Source: Hyphomicrobiales bacterium
GTDB taxonomy: Bacteria; Pseudomonadota; Alphaproteobacteria; Rhizobiales; Aestuariivirgaceae
NCBI GenBank assembly: GCA_046349195.1
Contig: JAXMCU010000010.1
Span: 42,274-106,273, forward strand
Direction: 5' to 3'
Length of the DNA stretch: 64,000 nucleotides
Translations under genes and position numbers: made by a program
The notes under the pieces: generated by a model
Databases searched by the model: none
What the model saw: the letters and a program-made list of their open reading frames with translations, nothing else
Told to the model about the DNA's origin: nothing
Part shown: one piece after another, positions 62,697 through 64,000 of the stretch
How the letters are laid out: each line of letters opens with the position of its first letter
Numbering within the stretch: the first letter of the stretch is position 1

Positions 62697-63896
62697 CTAG
62701 AGCGAGCGTGGAAGATAGCGCCACGCCAGCAGGCCCACGGCGGCCAGCGCGAGTCCGAGAATGACGAAGACCGCGCCGATGGGAAGCCACAACAGCACGA
62801 AGGCGAAGACGAAGGACGGCAGAAGTTCCGAAAAGTCGATGTAGGTTCGGTAGACGGCCGTCATCCGCTGGCGTTCGCGGTGCCTCACCGCGCGCAGGAA
62901 GGGAATTCCGCCAACACCGTCCAGCCAGGAGGCGGCCAATGATCCCAGCAGCAGAAAGGCGATGGCCACGTAGGGCGATCCCGTTCCCGCCAGTCCGGCG
63001 CAGACAGCCGAGACGGAAGCCAGGGCGAAGGACGCGGCGATGACCCGCCGCACGCCATATCTCCGTGCCATACGTCCCGAGAGCCAGGCCGTGAGCAGAA
63101 CCGCCTGGCTCGCCGAAATCATCAGTCCACCGACATTCTTTGTCAGGCCGCTCTCGACCACCAAAAGGGGGCCATAGATGAAGAAGCTCGTCCAGAAGCA
63201 GGACCGGCCGAAGGCGATTGCCCAGGCCAGCCGCAACCTCGGCTGGGCCACGAAACGACGGATGTTCGACAGGGTGCGGAAACCCTGGAGATTGCCCTGC
63301 GGCATGACGCCCGCATGATCGGCAAGACGCAGCCACCAGAACAGTGCGAGGAGACACAGTGTGGTGACGATGACGGCCAGCTGCGGTCCCCAGGGACCGA
63401 AATTGACATAGAGCCACACGCCGAGGGCCGGGCCGATCATCCAAGAGAAGGTCGAAAGGCTGAGTCGCAGTGGTTCGGACCGCGCCAGTTCGGTGCGCTT
63501 GATGTGGTCCAGGATGTAGAGAGAGAGGGTGATGTTCATCACCGCCGCGCCCGTGTTGCGCAGCCACATGCCCGCCGCCTGGCCGAGCAGCACATGGGTG
63601 GCAAGGGCGAAGCTGGCCAGCATGAGCAACAGGACGCCGAGCGTATAGGCCCAGCGGCGGCGCAACCGGCCCAGCACATGGGGCAACAGCAAGGTTGTGA
63701 CCAGCACCACGAGCGACATCGAGGTCGAGAGCATGCTGACCCGCTGGCTCGACCCCAGAATGTCGTAGGCCTGCAGCGAGACCACCGTCGAATTCAGCGC
63801 GCGCGCCAACGACTCCACCGCGAAGATCGCGGCAAAGGTGTAGGCGCCGGCCTTGCGCGGCATGGGGACGGCGGGAAGCGCGGATTCGGAAGCCAT
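62697..63896 (-). CDS. MFS transporter
   Basis: About 12 TM helices. ATG 63896 (MASESALPAVPMPRKAG...) is preferred over the track start at 63953. Confidence 0.72.
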   Translation of the reverse strand: MASESALPAVPMPRKAGAYTFAAIFAVESLARALNSTVVSLQAYDILGSSQRVSMLSTSMSLVVLVTTLLLPHVLGRLRRRWAYTLGVLLLMLASFALATHVLLGQAAGMWLRNTGAAVMNITLSLYILDHIKRTELARSEPLRLSLSTFSWMIGPALGVWLYVNFGPWGPQLAVIVTTLCLLALFWWLRLADHAGVMPQGNLQGFRTLSNIRRFVAQPRLRLAWAIAFGRSCFWTSFFIYGPLLVVESGLTKNVGGLMISASQAVLLTAWLSGRMARRYGVRRVIAASFALASVSAVCAGLAGTGSPYVAIAFLLLGSLAASWLDGVGGIPFLRAVRHRERQRMTAVYRTYIDFSELLPSFVFAFVLLWLPIGAVFVILGLALAAVGLLAWRYLPRSL

Positions 63897-64000
63897 GGTT
63901 GCTGCGCATAGGCCAACACCCTTCCCGGGCCCGCCGCAAGTCCCCGGCTCCATGCCCTGTCATGCGGCGCCTTCATGGCTTGTCAGGTCTGGCAACTGCG

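Overview
All protein-family calls rest on reading the supplied translations for motifs and on gene order. No BLAST, HMM or folding search was possible. The window is a high-GC chromosomal segment whose gene content and synteny look like an alphaproteobacterium of the Rhizobiales/Hyphomicrobiales type. It is densely coding: about 70 CDS and one tRNA-Ser. I saw no rRNA, CRISPR array, IS/transposase, integrase or phage gene. Most of it is housekeeping core. Gene blocks in order: ntrC (5'-partial), ntrY, ntrX, hfq, hflX; mazG; a SAM methyltransferase; an MBL hydrolase, tatD, metG, holB, tmk, a DD-carboxypeptidase, rlpA; a Sel1-repeat protein; a class II aldolase; tRNA-Ser(UGA). After the tRNA comes a 3.5-kb run of small secreted, membrane and PilZ proteins. 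Then a DenD-like SDR plus an Ldh_2 oxidoreductase, and an EamA, HD-domain, EamA trio. An XRE-cupin regulator sits divergent from a tightly coupled ferredoxin, CysG-like, DUF2849, cysI, DUF934, cysH operon. Next are eno, queF, kdsA, a PaaI thioesterase, an MscK-like channel, pyrG and secG; DUF1330; the alpha-glucoside cluster aglR | aglE-F-G-A-K; an orphan type I secretion ABC/MFP pair; peroxiredoxin; gatC and gatA; GNAT; UPF0173; ruvX; an AEC transporter; a glutamine-synthetase-like gene; pyrB and pyrC'; plsY and dprA; GST and rhodanese; and an MFS transporter. I found no clear-cut novel system. The best candidates for follow-up are (1) the CysJ-less sulfite-reduction operon with two DUF proteins, a leading ferredoxin, a degenerate CysG methylase half-domain and a repeat-rich control region shared with a cupin regulator; (2) an HD-domain protein with a PhnZ/MIOX-like ligand pattern, translationally coupled to an EamA transporter and lacking a hydroxylase partner; and (3) the tRNA-Ser-adjacent islet of small exported proteins plus a single-domain PilZ receptor. 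The many long antisense ORFs in the track are GC-driven shadow ORFs.
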